NCBI GenBank assembly: GCA_002633005.1 | Contig: NMRA01000136.1 | Coordinates: 646,944 to 710,943, forward strand | Source of the DNA: Phoronis australis | Lineage: Eukaryota; Animalia; Phoronida | DNA length: 64,000 nt | Direction: 5' to 3' | In this document: in pieces, positions 36,301 to 51,300 of the stretch | How the letters are laid out: each line of letters starts with the position of its first letter | How positions within the stretch are numbered: position 1 is the stretch's first letter | The notes under the pieces: model-generated | What the model saw: only the letters and a program-made list of their open reading frames with translations | Database searches by the model: none | What the model was told of the DNA's origin: nothing | Made by a program: the position numbers and the translations under genes

Positions 36301-39300
36301 GCTTAGAACAGTGATTGCCTTCTTCCTTTCCTGTCACCCCTAATGCATGAAATGTACTCCATACTGACTGCCTAACGAATCCTCTGCACCCAACTTCAAC
36401 TGGCCAGTACCATACTCTCCACCCCCTACTTCGGCATTCCTCTCACAACTGTTGATATTTCTCTTTCTTCCTTTCGTGTGCTTCAGCTATCCCCTCTTAC
36501 CATGGCACTGTCAGCTAAAGCAGTATTACCTGCTTCATTGCCAGTGACCACATCACGATGTCTGGTCTCAAACTTGTCACCGCTATCTCACTTGGAAAGG
36601 TCATCATTTGGTACAGATCGACATTCATTTTCCAGTCTTTCACCGTGTTCAGTACACCTCCTCCTCCTGTCTGTCCCCGAGTTGACGTACATGTCAGCAC
36701 AAAATTAACAAACTGTGGCTCCTGCAGCACTTTCCTCTCCTTCTTGTGTTCTCTCTCGAGGCTCTCCGCGACCACCCCCAGCACCTGGTCATGCCTCCAA
36801 GTATATCGCCCTTCTGATAACGCTGATGAGCATGATGACAGCACGTGTTCCAGGTTTGCTGGCTTCTTACACAATACACAAGTCGGGTGTTCCATTAATC
36901 CCCACACACTCAAATTGGTTGGGCTGGGCAAAACATCATACACTGACCTCAGCAAAAACCTCAATCTGCTCTCCTGCATTGTCCAGATCTCTTGCCACTT
37001 CAAACTCCTCTGTCCAACTCCCTGCCAATTCATCCAACTGCCTTACTGCCTCATGCCTGCTGCTCTTGCTCTTCTTGTTTCTTCTTCCATGCTTCTCACT
37101 TGCTGCTGTATCATCCTACGTCTCTCCTTAGGACGCGCTTCTCCCCGACATGCCTGTGAAAACAAACCAAGTCCTTGTCTGCCCACTGCCATTGTGCCTA
37201 CTATATCATCATGCCTGAGTCTTTCCTCTGCCTGCTTTACTGCTTGTGATGCTAGCCACTTTCTTCCTACATCGACCCTGACTCTGGCTCTTCCCACTTT
37301 CTCGTCGGCGCTGTCCCTCAGAGTTAACACTTGCCGCGCTTTTCCGACATTAAACTCCTCCAATAGCGATGTGATGGATAACTGCAGTTTGGACCCACTG
37401 CTGTATAATCCTACACTGCTGAAACTCCTTGGTACACCCAACCACCTTCGTAGAAAGGAACTCACTAGACGCTCCACTGCCTCTGCTGTTGTTGTTGGAA
37501 CATTGTACACCTATAATGGCCACAGTGCCCTAGATTGCACTCCATGCTGGTAAATCCATGCTTTAAACTTGCCTGGCACTCCACACTTACCCAATGCTGT
37601 CATCCAGTCTTCTGCTTGGTCTTTGATGGCAGCAACGCTGACCACATCTTTGAGAGTACTGTCGAACCATTTTCCCAGGCTCTTCACTGGTTTTTCCTCC
37701 ACTGTTGGTATTATGTCGTCGACTAGCCTGATTCTCTCATTTGCCACCTTGCCTTCCTTAAGCACTAAACGCCTTGACTTTTCTGGCTTAAACTTCATCC
37801 TTGCCCATGCAATTATCCTCTCTAGGTCTTCCAGTGTCCACTTCCCTTCTTTGTAAGGCTTGGTTGTCACAGTCATGTCATCCATAATGCTCTTGTCGAT
37901 GGTTGTCTGACCCCTGACTCCATGAGTGGTCCTCTGCTCTTCCGCTCCACTGATTTCACAAGTAGGTTCATCGCTGCTGTAAACAGTATCACAGACATCC
38001 TGTTATTATCCCCACCTCCAATCTTTGCCACGCTGTAACATAGTTACCCACGGAGAACCTCATCTTGATGTTGTCAAAATAGCCTTGTAACATTCCTTTA
38101 ACAGCTTCTTGTCCATGGTACCGATCTAATGTCAACATGACCAACCTGTGTGGTATTGAACCATAAGCATTCGCCAGATCAAGCCATAGCACAACCAGAT
38201 TCCCTTTCCTTTCCTTAGCCTCCTTGATGATCTGAGTAACCACACTTGTATGCTCGATACATCCCAAGACCCCTGGAACGCCTCCTTTCTGCACTGCTAT
38301 GTCGATTTACTTGTTTGCCATCTTGAACTGTGTCATTCTTCTGCCACTATAGCCAGAAAGATCTTTCCTTCAATATTCAACAAAGATATTGTCCTGATCT
38401 CGTGCTGTCTTGATGGACTGACAGTTAACCGTTTCCCTTTTACAGGTACTACCATCAGGAACTAAACTTTCACAACCTGTTGCGTGTCATTTCCAATGAG
38501 GTCGTTCATCGTGCCATGGCCATGGTGGGTGAAGATGTCCTTCGAGAGCCTTTGGAGGTAACTACTCTACCTTTTTGGTAATGTTCTGTTTTTGATGTCA
38601 TCGTGTGCTGTTGGACGTTAAGTTTGACGTTCTCCACAACAAACAATTCAAACTTGACAGAGATTTGAAAATTCACATATTATGTGTTCGAAAGTCCATG
38701 TCAACACTGTGCAGAGTTTGTATGTTAAGTCTTGGAATAAATGCACTGACATGGCACCAAAAATTCAATGTGTCAAATTTGCTTAAGAAATGACAGATTT
38801 ACTCATACTGCAAACTCATTGCATAGGCTTTGAAACTTGACGCAAGTAAGCCTAACTCGTCATGACAAAATTCAAACTCAAGGCAGTGACGAGTCAAAAC
38901 AGGTTGTGGAGAACACTGTATTCCTCACTGAAGGTATGAATATGTTATGAGTTTCACTATTGATAACTATAATAATGAAAATTGAAGCAAACTTTTGTGA
39001 TATAGCGTAATGACAAAGCTTGCAGTACATACCACACTCATTAGTCACACGGAAATTGACAAACTTGCATTGAACCAGCTTGCTTTCTGCATGCTCATTG
39101 TGTACTAGCAGTTGTTGATGTAGGTACAGACGGCCTTCAGTTCTTGTAAACAGGAGTAATGTTTTATTCCTCCGATTGCATTTTTTTAATGATTTTGATC
39201 CCCATATTTTGCTTGCGGTATCCACTTTTTCCAGTCATGTGGAGACCCATACGTGTGTGTTTCTGAGCCATATTTGAACTCTGATGAATAGCAATTATTA

Positions 39301-42300
39301 TTATTGGGATGACCAGAGAAATAGACAGAGATGCACTTTTATTTTATTATCTCATTCTGTTTGTGAACTTAATAATATCTTTCTCCTGCGTAGTCATACT
39401 CCAAACTGAAAGAGGCTCTCAAGGTGTGCGCTGCGTTCCGTGGAACTTACCTGGACTACAGGGACAAGGCGGACGAAATCAACACCCAGAATGTAGAGGA
39501 AAATAAAGAGAAAATGTAAAGTCTTTTTGTGCCATAAGCAATTTCATGCTTACTGTGTCATAATTAGAATGATTTGACAGCAGAGTTTCGGTTACTAAAC
39601 TACAATAAATCTGGTATAAATCAGCCCTTCACTTAACTCGGGCAAGATTTACGTAGTTACATTACGGTCACTCATCTTTGTGTAGATTCCGTTAACACAA
39701 TTTCAGTTCTTCTTGAATGAATAAAACCTTCCAATCCAATTAGATCTCACTAAATCAAGTTTTACAGTGTGCATATAATTTCTTTAGTCATTGAGCACCA
39801 TCTTGTAACTTCATCTGTTAGTCATACACAGAATTGTCCTTTTTCCATTCCACTAATGCCTACATTTGTTGCATTAAATTATGGTCCGTGACAATGTTAA
39901 TATTTTTCAATTCTTTCAATGCTCAGACATCCCTTCGTTCAGTAGTAGTAAGTAACTGGCTTGTTGATGACTATTATGGTATAGACTACTGCATATTTTG
40001 TAGTGGTCTAATTCCAAAATTATACTGAGCACTGTTTCGGCAGGTAAAGAGTGACCTGCTGCAAACTAATTTAAAACAAGAATGAAGTAGTTTGTTATGA
40101 AGCAAAATAGCATCTTAAAGCCCTGTTCTGACAACAGTGTAACCATAGAAACAAAACAAGAATTGTTAACTCGCATTACATTACGGCTCCATTTTTTGTA
40201 AACTTTGCAAAATGAAAATAAAAATTGAACACTCACCACCGTATGATACGAGATGTCCCACGGTAATGGTCATATTTGTTGAACGGTGTTGGTACTTTGC
40301 CTTATTCTAAACTTTCAAATCATAATGGTGACGTAGAAATTCAAATCCAAAATTACCATCCAATTTCTTTTTTCCTTTAGGATCAAACGGCCTCAGGGTC
40401 AGATGTGGACTACAAAAATGTATGGCCCCCATGCGTACATGCCCAAGTATGGTCTACGTAAAGACAGCATGGATGAAGCCACAGATCTTCTTGCTGACAA
40501 TGAACTGTACAATGACAGCCCATGGCCACCTAGGAATGCTCCCTGCTTCGACCTGTTGAACTCATTTATGGAGAGGTGGGAACTACTCTTTGCATTGATT
40601 TAACTGCACATCATTTTGTTTGTGGTTGAATTAGATGTTTCAATGTGTGTTGAGAAAAAATATTTTGAAATAAACCATAATCATAAATCAAAATGTAAAA
40701 CAATAATTTAAAATTCCTTATTTTGGCTACAAGGGTAATTTGATAACGGAATACTATTTTCAAATTATCTCAAGAATAAAATTACCTTGAGTTACTCTCG
40801 GTAATTATTTTGATCCGTGTCCATAAAGACACATCTTTGCTGTCTTTTAACAAGCTTTAATTTGTCAACATAGGAATATTTGGACATGTTTTTACCTTTC
40901 TCTGCACAACGGTCTTCACTTTATGACGACTTGAAAGCTTCTGTAGTCAATTTAGACTACTTGTAGATTTTTTGGCCAAAACCTGCTTCTCTAAAATATT
41001 ACACTGAGTTTGCACTTGTCTGTTTGAGCCTAGGCTTCTTTGTCTTCCTAATTTACTGCTTTTTTGAATAGAATCAAAACAAATGTCATCATGAGATTGA
41101 AATATTTTTGCTAGAAATGTCTTGTAAACAATGCATGGTTTGCTTAGATTTAAGGAATGGATTTTTTTTTCTTTGGTGAAAAAATGAGTTTTCTGTATTT
41201 TTGAGGGAAAGAACTGATTTAGGAGAATTATTTTACCAGTAACACCATGCATTTGCAGGTGCAATGATGTCCTTGAACTTGTTCAGACCACCCGTCACTT
41301 CCGCTTATTGGCTGGGGCAGCTGAAGTGGGCGGGGCTGGCAGTGCAGGGCTTGACGCCCTCGTCAAAGAGGTGCATTACACCTACACCCTGGCCATGAAA
41401 GATTTCTTCGCGGTGGTTGATAATGTCTTGAGCATAGATGGATCTCAAGCATTCGAGAAGGCATTCTTCATTTTCCGTACAGTTGTCAAGGTAATGCAAG
41501 TTGTATAGACTCCGTTGTTTTCACATTATGTCTGTTTGTGTGTACTGAAGTGACTCATCGTGATTTGGTTACTGACATGGGTGTGAATGGTCAATTAACA
41601 ATATGGATATTATCAGTGTCAACGTGGTCTCATCTCATGACCTAGTAAGTCAAAAGTATTTCGACACTGACTGATGTTGCTGACCTTGGGATGAGTCTGC
41701 TCAGTTATATGGTCATTATGTTGTATGCATAGAAACAGAGTCAACGATGGCCATTCACATTTTCAAGAGTAATCTCGCTGTATATTTTTATCACTTTGTA
41801 CTTAACAGTTGATCAGGTTATTGAAAACTAATGTAAATTAATGTAAAATCTTCGACGGCTTCTTTATCTAGGATCTCGAGAAGAAGCTGGCAGAGATACT
41901 AAGGACTGCCTTCCAGCAGTGTCCGACTATTGGAGCACAGCTGCGCCTCCTAGAGGTGTTTGAGGGAATCAGTGGCAGAGAGCTGGTCCAGGTAAGCCTT
42001 CATAATAAGGTTTTCTCAACATTGTATGTAGTTTATTGAGTTTTAAGATTATGTAGCACCTTATTGATAAGTCTGTGTATTTGGCTAAATGTCTACAGCA
42101 TTTCAACTAATTAATTTTCTAAAAATATAAAGCCTGAGTGTGGAACTTGACTTTTATCAATCTGCCATTAATTGGGTAACAGTTGAATCATGATTATTGC
42201 TATCTGAATAGAAACATTGGTTCATTTGAGCTCCAACTGTTTTGATTTCTGGTCTCTCCCCTCATAATGCATTTTGATGTATACCTGTACAGTCTGTTCT

Positions 42301-45300
42301 CCATCTGTGTCACCTGAATGGAATATTTTGAACTTTTGTGTTGAGAATGGTTTAGAAACAATGCGCTGATTTTAAAGTTCATACTCATATTTTGGCCAAA
42401 AACAAATGTGTTCACTTTCTTTTTTTTTTGTAATTCAGATTTGTTTCAAGAAAATCATGGAGTTCTATTTTTTGATAGCTCGTCGTTCAAAAATGGAATG
42501 TTTTAAAACAATTCCTAACAGGTTATTGGAACACAATGCATACAGCATAGTGTGCAAAATTTTCATATGATTCTGATCAGCCATTTCCAAGATAAAATGT
42601 TCCAGAATCACACAAATTTGAATGCTTTTCTAGGGTCCTACATAACCATAAATGTATTCACAATTATTTACTGTTCTGTAATGATTGACAAAATGACATG
42701 TACAGTAGAAAAATGTAAACAAGAAATACCATGAGAAAGACTGATACTTGTTTTTTTAAAGGCAAATCTCAAAGACAAAGACCGTATGCTGGTGGAGTCA
42801 TTTACAGAGGAGCTTACAAGGGTGCGCCACATGTTCCAAATGAACGTGAGGAAACCACCTGTACACAAGAACATGCCGTCAGTTGTCAGCAAACTGTCCT
42901 GGGTTAGGGCTCTCAAGGCCCGGGTCCAGGTTAGTCAGATGGATTCTTAATCCAGATTGCTTGAATGATTCATGTGGGACAAGACATCAGGAGTATTCTT
43001 GGACAAGTGTTGTTAAGATAGCACCTACCAACTATGAAATGTTAGTCTTGGATGATTTAATGTCGAATTAGTAATTTTGGTTTTATTGAATTTTGCCCAA
43101 GTGTTGTATTTTTCATGGTTAAAAATATTGTTTTCCAGTTGTAAAATAGAATGTTCATGACCACCTCGAATACTGTAGCAGCTGTAATTAGAAATTGTCA
43201 CTTGGTCATGGTGGAATATACAAAAAGCATGATGCATGGTTCAAATGCACCATGTGACAGATCATGTGACAGATCATGTATTGATAGCTGAACTTCCTTT
43301 GAGGGAATGTTGGCTGTTACTCATTAGAATATGTTGTATTATCAGGGTCCAATGGAAAAGATACGACAGATCAGTCCCCACTCACTAGAGGGCGACCTGG
43401 GCTGGCATATGAGGGATGTGTATAGTGAAGTAGAACACGACCTCAATAAGTAAGTGTATCGTTGTCTCTGGGCAGTTATCAGTGCAACGGTCCATTTTTC
43501 ATGAAAGAAATGAGTTTTTTGTAAATTTGAAGAATTATAATGCTGCTGAATGTCCCTTGTGGTATGGTTATGCAATCTGAGCTTATATTGAGCAAGTTAC
43601 TGATGATGAAGGAACAAATCAGCTACAGAATTGGAACTTTAAGTGAAATATTTTGCATCACTCTATCATTGATTCAACTTTTCAACCAAACATGTGCCAT
43701 AGCACGGGCTGCGCATCACTGAAAAAAGAGGGAGGCTAAAGCCACCAGCATGCCTGGGGTGCACCGCCTATAGACCATGGGCGGCACAGCACTGAAAAAA
43801 GTGGGGGACTATAGCCCCCCAGCCCCCTATGGTGCGCCGCCCATGCATAGGGGCTTCATATTCATAACCTTCATACTAAGTTGTAGCTGTGGACAATATG
43901 TTTTGTTGTTTGGCCTATGTTAAAATGCGAAAACTGGCTACCAGGCAAATGAGCTGTTGTTGAAAATTAAAATGAACTTGAAATAATTATTTTAATACAT
44001 TAAAATTTTTTCAGGTACGAAAACTTGATTGTGGATGAGTGGAAGAAGAATGTCACTGCTGAGTTGACTGCGCGACTGAAGCAACCCTTACTGGTATGTG
44101 ACAGTCATAGTTGTCCAACCCTTACTGGTATGTGACAGTCATAGTTGTCCAACCCTTACTGGTATGTGGCAGTCATGGCCGTGCAACCCTTATTGGTATG
44201 TGGCAGTCATGGCTGTGCAACCCTTACTGGTATGTGACAGTTATGGCTGTGCAACCCTTACTGGTATGTCACAGTCATGGCCGTGCAACCCTTACTGGTA
44301 TGTGACAGTCATGGCTGCATGTGCAACCCTTACTGTTATGTGACAGTCATGGCTGTGCTTATAATGTCTCAACATAACATGGATGGTAGTGTCTGGAATG
44401 CTTTTAAATTGTGAAAGAAGAAAAACTACAGTCCGGGTGGTTTATATGGTTGTGTATTTTTGCAGTAAGTTTAAATCAACTTGATCTCTAGTTGAGCAGT
44501 TTTAGAGTTGAGCAGATTTCAAAAACGGTAATTGGTTAAAAGGTTTGCGGTGTTTCATTAATTTTGTACTGGTTCCCAAAATTAACGTTTTCTTTTTTTT
44601 CTGAGATGCGTTGAAAATAAATTATACCATTGAAAAACATACCTGTCCCCATGTTATAGTCATACTAAAGTGAAGTACCTCAGTTTGGGAAGAAACCATT
44701 ATGTGAAAATAGCAATTTTTTATTTTTCAGAGACTTAATCCAAATGCACAAAATCATATCAAATCTTGCTTTGTGACATCTGAACTGCTAAAAGCAAACA
44801 ATTATTGAAGACTTATCTTTGCTGAGAAATCTCTTAGAAAAATGAATTCTTGTCTGCCATATTGTGTCCTAAAGTGAAATTTCCATAGTATTTTTCAGTT
44901 GTTCATCAAATCAGGTTATAAAAATCCATTTTCACAGACTTCCATTTTCTTTCTTTTTAAAAAAATTGAAGAATATAAATCGGTAAATAAAACAACAAGA
45001 ATGGATCAACTGAAATTTGAAATTTTCGGATGTAATAACTTCCTTTGACTTCATTTCATGAAACAATAGTATCCTTGGGAGGATCTGGATCGCCTTATTT
45101 AGTTTCAGATATATTTTCTACGTTAAAAAAATTGAAAACATATGTTTGGGGACACATTCTGAGTCAAGTTGATTTTTCGACACTGGAAACTAAAATAAAA
45201 ATGAAATGAGGTTTAAAATGCCCCTTTATAAAACACATGAAATCACTAGATTCTGAGCCTGTATGCAGTTCTTATCAGGTGAGTAAAGGGACAGTGGTAA

Positions 45301-48300
45301 GTACTATTGACTGTATACTGCTGGAGAATATAATGATTTTTATACCCTATTTTAGTTTCACATATTGACTCTAACTGGAATGTTTGATTTTATCTGGGAA
45401 GTTATCTTTTTCTTTACTGTACAGGTTGCTGAGGAGTACGATGAGGAGCTGATAGCCCGACCCCAAGTAGTGCACGTCAACTTGGACATGAAACTTCTGC
45501 TACTTCTCCGCGAGATTCACTACCTTTCTCAAGAGCCGTATAGCATCGACTTGCCGAGGAGTGCTAGGGAACTTGTGCGAAACACCAACTCCCATGATCT
45601 TCGAGTCACAGCTACACGGTTGGAGACCATCGTGTCTAAGTACAACACGATTATGAAGACTGTTACGGAATTTGAGCAGCCTTTGTTTGACAGGAAATTA
45701 GCAAAAATAGACGATGTAAGTGTTGTTACGGAATGCATTATTTTGAGGTGTGATGCTGTTTTTCCCTGTGTAGTCAATATATGCATTTAGCTGTCTGACG
45801 GTTGTTTAGGACACTCTGGTATAAAACTCTTTCATTATTTTCTATTTCAAGTCTTTTTCTTTCAGTGTATAGAGTAACAAATTACGCTCTCGCGCTGTGG
45901 AGTGAGTATCCCAATTTCGCTTATCAGAAACTTGGGATACAACTGTGTCATTGTCAGTTTGACAGTAATAGCAAGGGAAAAAGTTGGCAAGCCAATCTTT
46001 GCATAGTCTAGCTCTCTCATCGTCTGCGTTCATGTGATAAGGTCACATAATCCAGCAATTAGTTATAAACAGCACGCCTGACGCTAAACAATATTTAAAA
46101 AAACTATTTCCAAACAACATCCAACAATTGTCTGAGTGTGAAGATGTATTTTTTAAAATACAATCACCAGAAAACTTCAAAACGGAGGAAAACGTTTGAC
46201 TTTCAGAGAAGTTAGACTTAACTATTAACTATTGATTTCTTTGTGTGACTAATCTTTGACCCGCTTACTACCACAGCATTTTGTACCAACACTATAGGCA
46301 TGTTTGTCAAGTTTAATGGAATGTATTTCTAGATCATATCGTGATGTTGGAAATTTCTTGGTTATAACAGTCCAGGGGAATGATATGTAACAAGTTTGGA
46401 ATTAATTGCAGCTTATTGGACTCGACTAGCAGTAGTTATTTCTGTACTTTACTCCCAGGCTCATAATTAGGACATCAGTTATATTGCGATAATTGATCAA
46501 AAATTATCAAAATCAGATCACAATGTAATTGTGTCATGGTAGACTGTCCTGAGTAGCTACTAGAGACGGTCAAAATTTCTGAGCAAACTGAAAATCTGCT
46601 CAGTAGATGACGTGCAATTTCAAGTCCACACACAATAAGATAATGGTGTTTAGACAAGAGTTGCATAATGTTTTCACTTTTTTGCTCATTTGATGGACTA
46701 GCCTATTCAAATCATTGATGAGTGCGTGTCCAGTTTTTTTCCCTGAAGTCCCTTGGATTGGATCACGACCATTTTGTGTTGTGCGGATGGGGGCTTTAAG
46801 AGTGTTTGTCACTAATGATCTTATTCCACTTCAGCTGTTTGACCAAGGTCTGAATACCTACACGTGGAAGACAAGCGAGTCAGTGGACTTCATTGAGATG
46901 GCCACCAGTCTTGTATGTCTGGACGTCCACCAGAACCTGGACATTGTCCAGACCAACTGTTCGGACATAGCTCAGATAACCATTTCCTGGTCCAAAAACA
47001 CGTTGGACGTGTTCTCAGCCAGAGAGACGACTAACAGTTACTCCATGGAGGAGCTGGTGAAAATGCAGAAGTATGTAGTCGCAGAATGGAAATTTGAGAT
47101 GTGGTTGATTTGATTGTGGAGCAGGCCTTTCAGTTTGAACACTACAAATCAAAATTGTTACCACTGCAAGTCTTAGTCAGCATGTTAGTGAAATCCAGTG
47201 TGGCCCCTTAATTGCGATGACTAGAGACTTAGCAATTTGTGAAAGCTGCGTGCATGTTAGCTTAACCTGAAATGTACGCTGAGCATCGTATGTAGTGACA
47301 TTAGCAGAGGTGCTATTTATTCCTTTGATGTAAGCAAATTATGGTGTAGATCTGTCATACAGTAACGTCCGTGTGGTGATAGGTGTGCAAGGTCATTTGA
47401 TCTAACTTGTTTTGCAGAGAACTGAATGAGGACTTTGTCAACCAAGTTGTACCATCAGGGTACAAAATTCACAACTTGCTGAAGTCTTCGTTTGAGGTAA
47501 ACCCCTATTGCTAAATAATACTGAACAGTGCTACCAAGTCTGCTGAGGCTAGGTTCAGCCTGTTGAGTGATATACGAAGGGTCGTTAAAATGTTGTAGTG
47601 AAGCGTGAATTGAACTATTTTCATTTGGTCTTATGTGCAAACTACAGTAACAATTCTACTATATACTCAGAAGATTGAATTTCATTGATTCTGGAATTTG
47701 GGATGAGAGCAGTTATGGCTTTCACCAGATTTCAAATTTTGGACAATGTGTTTTAATCTACTAAGTGTGCAATTTTGCCATCTTTCTGGTGATTCTTGAA
47801 TTTTGGACGGCTAATATTCTCTATTTTTAGAGTGTGGGACAAGTTCCAACTTTGAGCAAAATAATTAATTGTTCAATGTTCCAAATTGGGGTATTTTTAC
47901 ATATTATAACTTACAGGTTTTGAAGAGTTTTATTGTCAGTGCTTTTTGCTCTTGGTAATTTAGACAGATTATAATAATAATTAATATTATGATTTTATGT
48001 TCTCACTGCTTTAATGTTGTTGTGTTTTTGTAAAATGCTCAAAGTTGATGTCAAGTAGTGATTCTGCCTTCCTTTACTTATATTATCTTTGTATACTCTA
48101 GGCGGTCCAGATCAGTCAAGCGTCCCCTGCCTGGGCTAACTATGTGGATTACATTGATGCCATTGTCCTGGATGGTCTGAAGAACTCCACACTGACCAGT
48201 CTCAGATGTATGCTCAACCAGATCATTCAGAGTAACATGAAACAGGTGAGACCAACATAACCCTATGCCTATCTTTTTGTTGTTCTTGTGTATAGGCTTG

Positions 48301-51300
48301 CCTGCTGGGGGTATAAGCCCATCCCTATTTTCCTAGTCCACACCACAGTCCCTTGAATCTATCTGTTCCTCCTATCCATCACTGGCACCAACAATGTGTA
48401 ATACTGACATGAAAATATGTTTTTTGTATGGTCATGAGTCATTGTGTGCCTTTGGTCTACAACAAATAAGGCTGATGTCTCTACCTTGCACTTTATCTCT
48501 GCATTTACTAGAACAAAGCTGTCTACAAAAAGAGATTACGCCAGTTTGCATTAATTGCAAGCATGCATCAAGCGAATCGTGATTCACATTCTTGTCATCT
48601 GGTAGCGAATTTAAGTTTGAGATTTGAACAGGAAGGATTCTCTTGTTTCAGCCTTACTATATACAACATACTTTTTAAAAATCAAATGACAGCATTGCCT
48701 CATGATTAGCTAGTGAACAAGCATGTCAACACTGTTGTTTACTCACTCAGCTTTGTGTCCAAGAAGGGGTGCTGCCAAACTACTTTGATGTCAAGTAAGG
48801 AAGAGATGATTTTCAGGCTCTGCTTCACCTAGTGTCGAGTTACTATTTCTTTGGGCCCCTAAAGTATGAAAAGTTTGGGGGGGCATTGTAATTGGAGCTG
48901 CCTCCTGTGGTTATCACAAATTTTCTCTCCTCACAACCTATGACGCCACATTTTTCGCACTCTTTGAGCCTCGGTCATCACAATTTCCAAGGCTAGTCCC
49001 CCTCTTGGGACCCACTGCTGTTGGCCCAGATTTGTTTGCTGTTTTCCTGCTATGGCGCACTATGACGTGAGAAATCATTTGACATGCCTGCATTTGTAAT
49101 TGTTTTAATGACTGGTGTTTTTGTTAATACTCCAATGCATCCAAATGGCTTTAATGGACAATGCATCACTGGCTTCATTCCTAACATTACTCACAAAATC
49201 ATGTGTGATGTTTACAGGGAGACACAGTGCCCATCCTGACCATACGCTTGGAGTTGATTGAGAACTTTGTTGCATTCCGACCTCCACTTGATGAGAGTAC
49301 TTCTGTATTGAGTGTGCAGGAGATGGTGAAGCAATGGCTGGACAGCTTCCTAGCCAGAGGGACCCTCATCAGTATGTTGGGACCAAAGGTAAATAATTTG
49401 GAGAGGATTCACCAAGCAATGGTGACTTATGTGGGACTTGTCACTTCTAATGTAGCATTTGCTTGCTATGTGTTATTGATTTTGTGGTCAAGAGTCTAGC
49501 TGTTTCATGGAAAGAGATTTAAGGGTCAAGTCAGAAATTCTGTGTGATACTCTTCGCAACCATTTACGAAAAATAGACAAAAGTTTAATCTCCCTTTAAC
49601 AAAGTACAGCCTTTGCGAATATATCCATAACTGATAATTTATCAAGTGATAATTTTTAGAAATTGTTGCTAAACTATAATGTGGGAGCAATTACTTTGCA
49701 AAGGTTATGTTCAGTAATTATTATAGGAAGTAGGAGCTTAAGATTTATGTCTGAAGTCACATTTTGTGAAACGGGTTACTGTCTGATTTTAATTCAAAAT
49801 TCCCATCATCTTTGACCTGTTTCTCTATAGTGTTCTTCATGAAGGTTTCCTCTGATTTTCTCTGTAATGGTGTTGCACGAGCCACTCTGTTGTGATACAA
49901 GGCACGTCACTACCAAACTTTGTTTGACACTCAGTCAAAAACCGATTTCACCTGCTGTCATTGGTTAATTTCTGAGTTGAGCCTCGAACAATGTTTGTTG
50001 GTCCCGGAGACTGATGAGTGTAATGTTAATCTCACGTTTCAGTGTGGTTTGCCTAAAGATTGCTTGTCCAGACCAGCGTCACCTGAGGCCATGCGTGCCT
50101 TGATCATGGTACTATACGTATTTAAAGGCCTGTTTAAGTCACACACAGCAATGATTTTATCAAGCTATTAAAAACTTTTTAGAATATATGATGACGATGG
50201 TGCCAAATGTGGCCTCAGAGGTGGTCATTATAATCTCTTCTTGGTCCATAATTGTTTATAACTGGGGAAAATTAGGAATGCTAACTTATTTAAAAACTGA
50301 AGATGGGGCTGTGTGTGACTTTCTTAATAATATATGGTTGTTGGTTGGCTCANCTGTCATTGGTTAATTTCTGAGTTGAGCCTCAAACAATGTTTGTTGG
50401 TCCCGGAGACTGATGAGTGTAATGTTAATCTCACGTTTCAGTGTGGTTTGCCTAAAGATTGCTTGTCCAGACCAGCGTCACCTGAGGCCATGCGTGCCTT
50501 GCTCATGGTACTATACGTATTTAAAGGCCTGTTTAAGTCACACACAGCAATGATTTTATCAAGCTATTAAAAACTTTTTAGAATATATGATGACGATGGT
50601 GCCAAATGTGGCCTCAGAGGTGGTCATTATAATCTCTTCTTGGTCCATAATTGTTTATAACTGGGGAAAATTAGGAATGCTAACTTATTTAAAAACTGAA
50701 GATGGGGCTGTGTGTGACTTTCTTAATAATATATGGTTGTTGGTTGGCTCAACATGGACAATACTGTGCACTGTTATCAAACTGTTTTGTTGTCAAACAT
50801 TTTGTTCTCATTACAGTTTATTGTAGCTGAATACTTTGGTTTTTTCTTCATTTATCTCGTTATATTGTTCAAATGCCAGCGGCTACAGTTAAAATCAGTA
50901 AAGTGGGCAATCTTTTCGGTGTGAGATTGCTTTTGTGGGTACACAGCACTCAATTTGGCGACCTGCAGTTCGCCAATGGGACCTCAGATTATGTTTGGCG
51001 ACTTGGGAAAAATCTTAAGTCTCCACAAAGTCGCCACTACAAGTGTCAAAGTCAGAAATAATCCCCCCTAAGTTCATTAATTTTTATGCGCCCACATATT
51101 TATATGTGGACGCATTATGCAGTCATCTCCGTCCGTCCGGCCGGCCGTCCGTCCGTCCGTACGGGCGGCGTCCGTCCGGCGTCCCGCGTCCGCTGCTCTA
51201 TCTCCAAAACCCTTTGACATATGTTCATGAAATTTGGCACATATGTTCCATTTATAAATGGGACGGCATGTGCGAATTTTCGGACGGATCTGACTACCGG

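Noticed and set aside
36558-37553. 331-aa plus-strand ORF (longest in the track)
   Set aside because: It is the antisense shadow of the minus-strand LINE reverse transcriptase and has no independent motifs.
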